Shown: positions 1 to 11,356 of the stretch, piece by piece
Numbering within the stretch: the stretch's first letter is position 1
How the letters are laid out: every line of letters starts with the position of its first letter
From: Chiloscyllium plagiosum
Lineage: Eukaryota
DNA length: 33,525 nt
Assembly: GCF_004010195.1 (NCBI RefSeq)
Contig: NC_057753.1
Location: 272,482-306,006, forward strand
Direction: 5' to 3'
Notes under the pieces: generated by a model
What the model saw: only the letters and a program-made list of their open reading frames with translations
Databases searched by the model: none
Told to the model about the DNA's origin: nothing
Made by a program: the position numbers and the translations under genes

Positions 1-428
1 TGCCAGCTCTTATACTCAATACCCCATCCAATGAAGGCAAGCATACTATATGCCTTCTTGACCACTCTATCCACCTGTGCAGCAACCTTCAGGGTACAAT
101 GGACCTGCACTCTCAGATCTCTCTGCCCATCAACTTTTCCCAAGGCTCTTCCATTCATTGTATAATTCACTCTAGAATTAGACTTGCCTGAATGCATCAC
201 CTCACATTTGTCTGGATTGAAATCCATCTGCCATGTTTCTGCCCAACTCTCCAGTCTATCTATATCCTCCTGTATTCTCTGACAGTCCCTTATGCTTTCT
301 GCTACTCCACCAATCTTTGTGTCATCTGCAAACTTGCTGATCATACCAACAGTGCCCTCTTCCAGATCATTTATATATATTACAAACAACAGTGGCCCCA
401 GCACTGACCCCTGTGGAACACCACTGGG
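1..428 (-). mobile_element. CR1-clade LINE, ORF2 reverse transcriptase fragment
   Basis: Minus strand reads [10 protein letters not shown] (~399-428) and SKFADDTKIG (~310-340), the diagnostic CR1/L2-group RT motifs. Runs off the window start. Confidence 0.9.
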
Positions 429-654
429 CACCTTCCTCCATCTTGGCGAATTGGGACTGTCGTCCCTGCTCTGCGTAATGATCCTGCTGTTGCCGTGTCT
501 GCACCCACCTTTTGTCCCCGTACCTGTTCTGCTGCCATCTCCTTGTGGCTTGCAGCTTGCTGTTTTAAAGTTAGCCATCGCCCTTTTGGGATGGTGACAG
601 GGGAAAATGTTTTCTCTCACTGGACTGTGCGACTTTGCGACTCTACGATTTTTA

Positions 655-1443
655 AAAAAAAAATAGATGCGCCATAGAAAGCATCGTGGCTTGGAATGGT
701 AAGTGCTCTGCCCAGGATCTGTAAGAAAATCTCGAGAGTCGTGAACACAAGCCAGTCCATCACGCAAGCCAAGCTTCCATCCACTGACACCATTTATACT
801 ACCCCAGCACACCCCCATCCCCACCTTGCACCAGTCCCGGTCTCGGGAAGGCAGCCACCATCATCAAAGACTCCTCCCATCCCAGTTATAATCTCTTCCA
901 TTGGAGCGAGGACACAAAAGCTGAAACACACGTACAGGGGCGGCACGGTGGCACAGTGGTTAGCACTGCTGCCTCACAGCGCCAGAGACCCGGGTTCAAT
1001 TCCCGCCTCAGGCGACTGACTGTGTGGAGTTTGTACATTCTCTCTCTCCCTCCCCCCACCCCGTGTCTGCGTGGGTTTCCTCCGGGTGCTCCGGTTTCCT
1101 CCCACAGTCCAAAGACGGTGTAGGTCAGGGTGAATTGGCTATGCTAAATTCCCCGTAGTGTTAGGTAAGGGGTAAATGTAGGGGTATGGGTGGGTTGCAC
1201 TTTGGCGGGTCGGTGTGGACTTGTTGGGCCGAAGGGCCTGTTTCCACACTGTAATGTAATCTAATGTAAACAGATTCACGGACAGTTTCTTTCCCTGCTG
1301 AGATTAGCTTTCGAAACGAACCTGCTAAGTTTTAAATGTAATGCTGATCCAGTTCTCTGGGCACCTTGTCTGCAGCCAGAACATTATATTCCACGCACTG
1401 TTCTGTTACCCTACTGCTCCTCGTGCGGTATGATCGGTCTGTA
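655..1443 (+). mobile_element. Rex1/Babar-like LINE 3' fragment, interrupted by a SINE
   Basis: Frameshifted translation gives RCAIES..AWNGKCSAQD..RVVNT..QSITQAKLPSTDTIY..IIKDSSHP..LKTRT before the SINE and NRFTDSFFP after it. This matches the Rex1/Babar RT C-terminus as I recall it. A probable 3' UTR follows to ~1443. Confidence 0.7.
937..1265 (+). mobile_element. tRNA-derived V-SINE (HE1-like), full length
   Basis: A box TGGCACAGTGG, B box GGTTCAATTCC, V-core (TGTGTGGAGTTTG...GGGTTTCCTCCGGGTGCTCCGGTTTCCTCCCACAGTCCAAAGA), CR1-derived tail GGGCCGAAGGGCCTGTTTCCACACTG and TAATC-type end. Confidence 0.92.
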
Positions 1444-1445
1444 GT

Positions 1446-1631
1446 AGAGACATAGAGTCATAGAGGTGTACAGCACGGAAACAGACCCTTCGGTCCAACC
1501 CGTCCATGCCGACCAGATATCCCAACCCAATCTAGTCCCACCTGCCAGCACCCAGCCCATATCCCTCCAAACCCTTCCTATTCATATACCCATCCAAATG
1601 CCTCTTAAATGTTGCAATTGTACCAGCCTCC
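1446..1631 (-). mobile_element. CR1 LINE 3' end/UTR
   Basis: CATAGAGT-type tail repeat plus GGAAACAGACCCTTCGGTCCAAC, the reverse complement of the CR1 terminal motif seen elsewhere in the window. Truncated by a gap. Confidence 0.85.
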
Positions 1632-2619
1632 NNNNNNNNNNNNNNNNNNNNNNNNNNNNNNNNNNNNNNNNNNNNNNNNNNNNNNNNNNNNNNNNNNNNN
1701 NNNNNNNNNNNNNNNNNNNNNNNNNNNNNNNNNNNNNNNNNNNNNNNNNNNNNNNNNNNNNNNNNNNNNNNNNNNNNNNNNNNNNNNNNNNNNNNNNNNN
1801 NNNNNNNNNNNNNNNNNNNNNNNNNNNNNNNNNNNNNNNNNNNNNNNNNNNNNNNNNNNNNNNNNNNNNNNNNNNNNNNNNNNNNNNNNNNNNNNNNNNN
1901 NNNNNNNNNNNNNNNNNNNNNNNNNNNNNNNNNNNNNNNNNNNNNNNNNNNNNNNNNNNNNNNNNNNNNNNNNNNNNNNNNNNNNNNNNNNNNNNNNNNN
2001 NNNNNNNNNNNNNNNNNNNNNNNNNNNNNNNNNNNNNNNNNNNNNNNNNNNNNNNNNNNNNNNNNNNNNNNNNNNNNNNNNNNNNNNNNNNNNNNNNNNN
2101 NNNNNNNNNNNNNNNNNNNNNNNNNNNNNNNNNNNNNNNNNNNNNNNNNNNNNNNNNNNNNNNNNNNNNNNNNNNNNNNNNNNNNNNNNNNNNNNNNNNN
2201 NNNNNNNNNNNNNNNNNNNNNNNNNNNNNNNNNNNNNNNNNNNNNNNNNNNNNNNNNNNNNNNNNNNNNNNNNNNNNNNNNNNNNNNNNNNNNNNNNNNN
2301 NNNNNNNNNNNNNNNNNNNNNNNNNNNNNNNNNNNNNNNNNNNNNNNNNNNNNNNNNNNNNNNNNNNNNNNNNNNNNNNNNNNNNNNNNNNNNNNNNNNN
2401 NNNNNNNNNNNNNNNNNNNNNNNNNNNNNNNNNNNNNNNNNNNNNNNNNNNNNNNNNNNNNNNNNNNNNNNNNNNNNNNNNNNNNNNNNNNNNNNNNNNN
2501 NNNNNNNNNNNNNNNNNNNNNNNNNNNNNNNNNNNNNNNNNNNNNNNNNNNNNNNNNNNNNNNNNNNNNNNNNNNNNNNNNNNNNNNNNNNNNNNNNNNN
2601 NNNNNNNNNNNNNNNNNNN
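1632..2619. other. Assembly gap (988 N)
   Basis: Run of N. Confidence 1.
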
Positions 2620-2839
2620 GGGCACTATGGGTAATTTAGCACGGCCAATCCACTCTTAACCTGCACATCCCTGGGCACTATGGGTAATTTAGCATGGCCA
2701 ATCCACCCTAACCTGTACATCTTTCGACTGTGGGAGGAAATCGGAGCACCCGGAGGAAACCCACACAGCCAGTCTCCTGAGGCTGGAATCGAACCCGATG
2801 TGAGGCAGCAGTGCTAACCACTGAGCCACCGGGCCGCCC
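2620..2839 (-). mobile_element. V-SINE with internal ~52-bp tandem repeat and internal deletions
   Basis: Reverse complement of the tRNA head (GTGCTAACCACTGAGCCACC) and V-core. GGGCACTATGGGTAATTTAGCA..CCTG.ACATC occurs twice next to the gap. Confidence 0.85.
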
Positions 2840-3476
2840 TAAAGTTCCCTCTTTGACCTTTCTCTTTTGTTTGAGGAGGACACAGCGCAGTCCGCTTCCT
2901 GAGATGGCGAGCAGGCCGAAAACCTCCCTGACTTTGAGACGAGGTTTTCGGGGGTTGTTTTGTCCTGGTTTATTTCGAAGAGAGGTTGTAAGGCAGAGGG
3001 CACTGAGCCGTCTACTGGAGCAAACAGCTGGGGAGGCCTTGGTTTAAAAGTTGGAGTAGTGTTGGCCAGCTCCCACAGACTAGGAATTCTGGTGTTATTT
3101 GAAGCTTTTCAGGTTAGCCTTAAGCACTTGCTAGTGTGGCCTTGAACCAGTAGATGCTATCCTTTCCCTCTCTCAGTTCCAGCTGGGGGCTCTCTCTGTG
3201 GGTGGGTTCGCTCTGAGATAAACCTATTTTTCTGAGTTTTCCTTTTCACCAGGGGCTGTGTTTGTGGGATGTTACCGTGTTGGAACAGCTAATTACTAAC
3301 AGGTACTGTATCTGCTACTCTGTTAAATTTTCCAATAGTGTTAAGTCATTCTTCTTCCTTTCCTTCGTATTTTAACTACAGTGTTTAAATTAATTGTGTT
3401 TGGCTTAACGTCGGGTAGTTTGACCAGTCACATTGCATCTGGGACACGGCACTTGCCATTAAAATAAGTAAAGGTA

Positions 3477-3775
3477 AGATGAGATTCCCTACAGTGTGGA
3501 AACAGGCCCTTCGGCCCAACAAGTCCACACCGACCCTCCGAAGAGTAACCCACCCAGACCCATTTCCCTCTGACTAATGCACCTAACACTACGGGCAATT
3601 TTAACTGGGCCAATTCACCATGACCTGCACATCTTTGGACTGTGGGAGGAAACCGGAGCACCCGGAGGAAACCCACGCAGATACGGGGAAGAATGTACAA
3701 ACTCCACACAGACAGTGACCCCGAGGTGGGAATTGAACCTGGGTCCCTGGCACTGTGAGCCACCATGCCACTCCC
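3477..3775 (-). mobile_element. V-SINE (HE1-like)
   Basis: Reverse complement of tail, V-core and tRNA head. The A-box region is partly deleted. Confidence 0.9.
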
Positions 3776-4054
3776 AAGGGTTAGGGTCGAGGCGGCCTTC
3801 TTCGGATATTTTGAGGAGGTCTCGATGGGCAACTTAGCACGGCCAATCCACCCTGACCTGCACATCTTTGGACTGTGGGAGGAAACCGGAACACCCGGAG
3901 GAAACCCACGCAGACACGGGGAGAATGTGCAAACTCCACACAGACAGTGACCCCGAGGTGGGAATTGAACCTGGGTCCCTGGCACTGTGAGCCACCATGC
4001 CACTCCCAAGGGTTAGGGTCGAGGCGGCCTTCTTCGGATATTTTGAGGAGGTCT
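3591..4054. repeat. 232-bp direct tandem duplication (SINE 5' part plus ~47 bp of flank)
   Basis: CCACTCCCAAGGGTTAGGGTCGAGGCGGCCTTCTTCGGATATTTTGAGGAGGTCT occurs twice. The ORF track starts at 3765 and 3997 are identical and 232 bp apart. Confidence 0.9.
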
Positions 4055-7000
4055 GGTCTGCTCCATACCAAAGTCAGTCGATCGGCAATTCAAGGAAGCT
4101 CTCTTTGCCTGGCGGGTGGTGCCAGCAGCAGGGACTGGAGTGGGCCCAGCAGCACGGGCTGGAGTGTGCCCAGCAGCATGGACATGCGTGAGCCCAGCAG
4201 CACGGACTGGAGTGGGCCCAGCAGCACGGGCTGGAGTGTGCCCAGCAGCACGGGCTGGAGTGGGCCCAGCAGCATGGACATGCGTGAGCCCAGCAGCACG
4301 GACTGGAGTGGGCCCAGCAGCGTGAGCCCAGCAGCACGGACTGGAGTGGGCCCAGCAGGATGGACTGGACTGGGCCCAGCATGATGGACTGGAGTGTGCC
4401 CAGGAGCATGGACTGGAGAGGGCCCAGCAGCACGGACTGGTGTGGGCCCAGCAGGATGGACTGGAGTGGGCCCTGCAGGATGGCCTGGAGTGGGCCCAGC
4501 AGCACAGACTGGAGTGGGCCCAGGAGCATGGCCTGGAGTGGGCCCAGCAGCACAGACTGGAGTGGGCCCAGCAGCACAGACAGAAGTGGACCCAGCAACA
4601 CGGACATGTGTGAGCCCAGCAGCATGGACTGGACTGGGCCCAGCAGGTTGGACTGGACTAGGCCCAGCACGATGGACTGGAGTGGGCCCAGCACCAGGGA
4701 CAGGAGTGGGCCCAGCAGCACCGGCTGGATTGGGCCCTGCAGGATGGACTAGAGTGGGCCCAGCAGCACTGACTGGAGTGTGCCCAGCAGCACGGACTGG
4801 AGTGGGCCCTGCAGCATGGACTGGAGTGGGCCCAGCAGGATGGACTGGAGTGGGCCCAGCAGCATGGACTGGAGTGGGCCCAGCAGCACGGGCTGGAGTG
4901 GGCCCTGCACCAGGGTCTGGAGTGGGGCCAGCAGCAAGGACTGGTGTGGGCCCAGCAGCATGAGCTGGAGTGGGCACAGCAGCACGGACTGGAATGGACC
5001 CAACAGGATGGACTGGAGTGGGCCCAGCAGCATGGACTGGAGTGCGCCCAGCAGGATGGACTGGACTGGGTCCAGCAGCATGGACTGGAGTGGCCCAGCA
5101 ACACGGGCTGGAGTGGGCCCAACTGGATGGACTGGAGTAGGCCCAGCAGCACGGACTGGAGTGGGCCCAGCAGCATCGGCTGGAGTGCGCCCAGCAGAAT
5201 GGACTGGACTGGGTCCAGCAGCATGGACTGGACTGGGTCCAGCAGCATGGACTGGAGTGGGCCCAGGACCAGGGACTGGAGTGGGCCCAGCAACACGGGC
5301 TGGAGTGGGCCCAACTGGATGGACTGGAGTGGGCCCAGCAGCACGGACTGGAGTGGGCCCAGCAGCATCGGCTGGAGTGGGCCCAGCAGCATGTGCTGGA
5401 GTGGGCACTGCAGGATGGACTGGAGTGGGCCCAGCATCACGGACTGGAGTGGGCCCAACAGGATGGACTAGAGTGGGCCCAGCAGCATGGACTGGAGTGG
5501 GCTCAGCAGCATTGACTGGAGTGGGCCCAGCACCAGCGACTGGAGTGGGCCCAGCACCAGCGACTGGAGTGGGCCCAGCAGCACGGGCTGGAGTGGGCCC
5601 TGCAGCACGGGCTGGAGTGGGCCCAGAAGCATGGGCTGGAGTGAGCCCAGCAGCACGGACTGGAGTGTGCCCAGCAGCATGGAATGGAATGGGGCCCAGC
5701 AGCATGGATTGGAGTGGGCACAGCAGCATGGGCTGGAGTGGGCCCAGAACCAGGAACTGGAGTGGGCCCAGCAGCATGGACTGGAGTGGGCCCAGCAGCA
5801 TGGACTGGAGTGGGCCCAGCACCAGGGACTAGAGTGGGCCCAGCAGCACGGGCTGGTGTGGGGCCAGCAGCATATTGTGGAGTGGGCCCTGCACCAGGGA
5901 TTGGAGTGGGCCCAACCGCACGGGCTGGAGTGGGCCCAGCAGCATGTACTGGCTTGGGCCCAGCAGCATGGGCTGGAGTGGGCCCTGCAGGATGGACTAG
6001 AGTGGGCCCAGCATCACGGACTGGAGTGGGCCCAGCAGAACGGACTGGAGTGGGCCCAGCAGCATGGATTGGAGTGGGCCCTGCAGGATGGATTGGAGTG
6101 GGCCCAGCAGCATGGATTGGAGTGGGGCCAGCAGCAAGGACTTGAGTGGGCCCAGCAGGATGGACATGTGTGGGCCCAGCAGCATGGATTGGAGTGGGCC
6201 CAGCAGCATGGACTGGAGTGGGCCCAGCACCAGGCACTGGAGTGGGCCCAGCACCAGCGACTGGAGTGGGCCCAGCAGCATGGACTGGAGTGGGCCCAAC
6301 AGGATGGTCTAGAGTGGGCCCAGCAGCATGGACTGGAGTGGACTCAGCAGGATGGACTGGAGTGGGCCCAGCAGCATGGATTGGAGTGTGCCCACCGGAC
6401 TGTCTGGAGTGGGCCCTGCTGTATGGACCAGTGTGGGCCCCAGCAGCATGGTCTGGAGTGGGCCCAGCAGGATGAACTGGAGTGGGCCCAGCAGCACGGA
6501 CTGGAGTGGGCCCTGCAGCATGGTCTGGAGTGGGCCCTGCAGCATGGTCTGGAGTGGGCCCTGCACCAGGGACTGGAGTGGGCACAGCAGAACGGGCTGG
6601 AGTGGGCCCAGCAGCACGGGCTGGAGTGGGCCCAGCAGCAAGGACTTGAGTGGGTGGGCCCAGCAGCACGAACTAGATTGGGCCCATCTCAAGGGACTGG
6701 AGTGAGCCCAGCAGCACGGGCTGGAGTGGGCCCAGCAGCGCATACAGGACTGGTCCCAGCAGCACATACTGGAATAGGCCCAGCAGCAAGGGCTGGAGTG
6801 GGCCCAGCAGCACGGGCTGGAGTGGGACCATCAGGATGGTCTGGAGTGGGACCAGCAGCACTGATTTGAGTGTGCCCAGCAGCATGGACTGGGGTGCGCC
6901 CTGCAGTATGGACTAGAGTGGGCCCTGCAGCACGGCTTGGAGTGGGCCCAGCAGGATGGACTGGAGTGGCCCCAGCAGGATGGACTGGAGTGGGCCCAGC

Positions 7001-8891
7001 AGCATGGGCTGGTGTGGTCCCAGCAGCACAGGCTGGAGTGGGCCCAGCATGCACTGACTGGAGTGGGCCATACAGGATGGACTGGAGTGGGCCCAGCAGC
7101 ATGGTCTGGAGTGGGCCCAGCAGCATGGTCTGGAGTGGGCCCAGCAGCACAGACAGGAGTGGGCCATGCAGGATGGACTAGAATGGGCCCAGCAGCATGG
7201 TCTGGAGTGGGCCCAGCAGGATGAACTGGAGTGGGCCCAGCAGCATGGACTGGAGTGGGCCCTGCAGCATGGTCTGGAGTGGGCACAGCAGAACGGGCTG
7301 GAGTGAGCCCAGCAGCACGGACTGGAGTGGGCCCAGCATGCACTGACTGGAGTGGGCCCAGCAGGACGGACTGGAATGGGCCCAGCATGCACTGACTGGA
7401 GTGGCCCCTGCAGCACTGACTGGAGTGGGCCCAGCAGCACGGGCTGGAGTGGGCCCATCTCAAGGGACTGGAGTGTGCCCAGCAGCACGGGCTGGAGTGG
7501 GCCCAGCAGCACGAACTAGATTGGGCCCATCTCAAGGGACTGGAGTGTGCCCAACAGCACGGGCTGGAGTGGGCCCAGCAACACGAACTGGATTGGGCCC
7601 AGCAGCACGGGCTGGAGTGGGCCCAACTGGATGGACTGGAGTGGGCCCAGCAGCACGGACTGGAGTGGGCCCAGCAGGATGGACTAGAGTGGGCCCTGCA
7701 GCACGGGCTGGAGTGGCCCCAGCAGGATGGACTGGAGTGAGCCCAGCAGCACGGGCTGGAGTGGGACCAGCAGGATGGACAGGACTGGGCTCTGCAGTAT
7801 GGACTAGAGTGGGCCCTGAAGCACGGGCTGTAGTGGGCCCAGCAGCATGGGCTGGTGTGAGCCCAGCAGCACGGACTGGAGTGGGCCCAGCAGCACAGAC
7901 AGGAGTGGGCCCAGCAGCACAGACAGGAGTGGGCCCAGCAGGATGGACTAGAATGGGCCCTGCAGCACGGGCTGGAGTGGGCCCAGCAGCACGAACTGGA
8001 TTGGGGCCAGCAGCATGGGCTGGAGTGGGCCCAACTGGATGGACTGGAGTGGGCCCAGCAGCACGGACTGGAGTGGGCCCAGCAGGATGGACCGGAGTGA
8101 GCCCAGCAGCATGGATTGGAGTGGGCACAGCAGCATGGACTGGAGTGGGCCCAACTGGATGGACTGGAGTGGGCCCAGCAGCATGGGCTGGTGTGGTCCC
8201 AGCAGCTCAGGCTGGAGTGGGCCCTGCAGCACGGGCTGGAGTGGCCCCAGCAGGATGGACTGGAGTGGGCCCAGCAGCACGGGCTGGTGTGGGCCCAGCA
8301 GCACGGACTAGAGTGGGCCATACGGGATGGACTAGAATGGGCCCAGCAGCATGGTCGGGAGTGGGCCCTGCAGGATGGACTAGAGTGGGCCCAGCACCAG
8401 GCACTGGAGTGGGCCCAGCACCAGCGACTGGAGTGGGCCCAGCAGCACGGGCTGGAGTGGGCCCTGCAGGATGGACTGGAGTGGGCCCAGCAGCACTGAC
8501 TGGAGTGGGCCCAGCAGCATGGACTGGAGTGGGCCCTGCTGAATGGACTAGAGTGGGCCCTGCTGAATGGACTAGAGTGGGCCCAGCAGCACGAGCTGGA
8601 ATGGGCACAGCAGGATGAACTGGAGTGGGCCCAGCTGCATAGACTGGTGTGAGCCCAGCAGCACGGACATGTGTGGACGCAGCAACACGGACTGGAGTGG
8701 GCCCAGCAGCATGGACTGGTGTGAGCCCAGCAGCACAGACTGGAGTGGGCCCAACAGCACAGACTTGAGTGGGCCCTGCAGTATGGATTAGAGAGGGCCC
8801 TGCAGTATGGGCAGGAGTGGGCCCTGCACCAGAGACTGGAGTAGGCCCAGCAACACTTGCTGGAGTGGGCCCAGAAACATGGGCTGGAGTG

Positions 8892-9391
8892 NNNNNNNNN
8901 NNNNNNNNNNNNNNNNNNNNNNNNNNNNNNNNNNNNNNNNNNNNNNNNNNNNNNNNNNNNNNNNNNNNNNNNNNNNNNNNNNNNNNNNNNNNNNNNNNNN
9001 NNNNNNNNNNNNNNNNNNNNNNNNNNNNNNNNNNNNNNNNNNNNNNNNNNNNNNNNNNNNNNNNNNNNNNNNNNNNNNNNNNNNNNNNNNNNNNNNNNNN
9101 NNNNNNNNNNNNNNNNNNNNNNNNNNNNNNNNNNNNNNNNNNNNNNNNNNNNNNNNNNNNNNNNNNNNNNNNNNNNNNNNNNNNNNNNNNNNNNNNNNNN
9201 NNNNNNNNNNNNNNNNNNNNNNNNNNNNNNNNNNNNNNNNNNNNNNNNNNNNNNNNNNNNNNNNNNNNNNNNNNNNNNNNNNNNNNNNNNNNNNNNNNNN
9301 NNNNNNNNNNNNNNNNNNNNNNNNNNNNNNNNNNNNNNNNNNNNNNNNNNNNNNNNNNNNNNNNNNNNNNNNNNNNNNNNNNNNNNNNNNN
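8892..9391. other. Assembly gap (500 N) inside the minisatellite
   Basis: Run of N. Confidence 1.
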
Positions 9392-11315
9392 CAGCAGCAC
9401 CGGCTGGACTGGGCCCTGCAGGATGGACTGGAGTGGGCCCAGCAGCATGGGCTGGAATGGGGACAGCAGGATGAACTGGAGTGGGCCCAGCTGCATAGAC
9501 TGGTGTGAGCCCAGCAGCATGGACATGTGTGGACCCAGCAACACGGACTGGAGTGGGTCCAGCAGCATGGACTGGTGTGAGCCCAGCAGCACAGACTGGA
9601 GTGGGCCCAACAGCACAGATAGGAGTGGGCCCAGCAGCATGGACTGGTGTGAGCTCAGCAGCACAGACTGGAGTGGGCCCAACAGCACAGATAGGAGTGG
9701 GCCCAGCAGCATGGACTGGTGTGGGCCCAGCAGCATGGACTGGAGTGGGCCCAACAGCACAGATAGGAGTGGGCCCAGCAGCACGTACTAGAATGGGCCC
9801 TGCAGCACGTACTGGAGTGGACCCAGCAGCACGGTCTGGAGTGGGCCCTCCAGGATGGACTGGAGTGGGCCCAGCAGCACGGACTGGAGTGGGCCCAGCA
9901 GCACGGACTGGAGTGGGCCCAACAGCACAGATAGGAGTGGGCGCAGCAGCACGTACTAGAATGGGCCCTGCAGCACGTACTGAAGTGGACCCAGCAGCAC
10001 GGTCTGGAGTAGGCCCTGCAGGATGGACTGGAGTGGGCCCAGCAGCACGGACTGGAATGGGCCCAGCAGCACGGACTGGAGTGGGCACAGCAGGATGGAC
10101 AGGAATGGACCGTGCAGGATGGTCTAGAGTGGGCCCAGCAGCACGGACTGGAGTGTGTCCAGCTCAAGGGACTGGAGTGGGCCCAGCAGCACAGGCTGGA
10201 GTGGGCCCAGCAGCACGGGCTGGAGTGGGCCCAGAAGCATGGGCTGGAGTGAGCCCAGCAGCACGGACTGGAGTGTGCCCAGCAGCATGGACAGGAATGG
10301 GCACAGCACCAGGGACTAGAGTGGGCCCAGCAACACTTGCTGGAGTGGGCCCAGCAGCACGGGCTGGAGTGGGCCCAGAAACATGGGCTGGAGTGGGCTC
10401 TGCACCAGGGACTGGAGTGGGCCCTGCACCAGGGACTGGAGTGGGCCCAGCAGCACGAACTGGATTGGGCCCAAGAGGATGGACTGGAGTGGGCCCAGCA
10501 GGATGGACTGGAGTGGGCCCAGCAGGATGAACTAGAGTGGGCCCAGCAGCATGGATTGCAGTGGGCCCGGAAACATGGACCTGTGTGAGCCCAGCAGCAC
10601 GGACTGGAGTGGGCCCAGCAGCATGGGCTGAGTCGGACCAAAAACATGGGCTTGAGTGGGCCCTGCAGCATGGATTGGAGTGGGCTCAGCAGCACGGGCT
10701 GGAGTGGGCTCAGCAGCACGGACTGTAGTGGGCCCAGCAGCAGTGGCTGGAGTGGGCCCAGCAGGATGGACTGGAGTGGGCCCAGCAGGATGGACTGGAG
10801 TGGGCCCAGCAGGATGGACTGGAGTGGGCCCAGCAGGATGCATGGACTGGTGTGAGCCCAGCAGCACGGACTGGAGTGGGCCCAGCAGCATGGGCTGGAG
10901 TGGGCCCAGCAGCACGAACTGGATTGGGCCCAGCCGCACGGACTGGAGTGGGCCCAGCAGGTTGACTAGAGTGGTCCCAGCAGCATGGATTGCAGTGGGC
11001 CCTGCAACATGGACTGGTGTGAGCCCAGCAGCACGGACTGGAGTGGGCCCTGCAGCACGGACTGGACTGGGCCCTGTAGCATGGTCTGGAGTGGGCCCTG
11101 CAGCATGGACTGGTGTGGGCCCTGCAGCACGGACTGGAGTGGGCCCTGCAGCATGGGCTGGAGTGGGCCCAGCAGGATGGACTGGTGTGGGCCCAGCAGG
11201 ATGGTCTAGAGTGGGCCCAGCAGCATGGACTGGAGTGGACTCAGCACCAGGCACTGGAGTGGGCCCAGCAGCATGGATTGGAGTGGGCCCAGCAGCATGG
11301 ACTGGAGTGGGCCCA

Positions 11316-11356
11316 NNNNNNNNNNNNNNNNNNNNNNNNNNNNNNNNNNNNNNNNN
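11316..11356. other. Assembly gap (41 N) inside the minisatellite
   Basis: Run of N. Confidence 1.

Larger units (their letters stand above)
2935..4070. mobile_element. Putative solo LTR (TG...CA), interrupted by a SINE and a local duplication
   Basis: Starts TGAGACG and ends CCATACCA. Non-coding, with T-rich U5-like segments. The two parts rejoin across the SINE as AAATAAGTAAAGG / TTAGGGTC. It resembles a shark interspersed repeat from memory. No clean TSD. Confidence 0.45.

Noticed and set aside
524..559. 36-nt minus-strand micro-exon (QAASHKEMAAEQ) between ACAG and GTACGG
   Set aside because: The polypyrimidine tract is poor, the branch-like CTAAC is too close to the AG, and no homology is recognisable. 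Likely chance.
937..1010. tRNA gene (also at other SINE heads)
   Set aside because: The A and B boxes run directly into the V-core and LINE tail, so these are SINE heads, not standalone tRNAs.
1466..2659. ORFs of 340-400 aa spanning the gap (also at 15104-15496 and 17450-17827)
   Set aside because: Composed largely of X from N runs.
3428..4071. Recurrent peptides such as CLCGVCTFSPCLRGFPPG and MGNLAWPIHPDLHIFGLWEETG as a gene family
   Set aside because: These are translations of the V-SINE core and recur wherever the SINE occurs.
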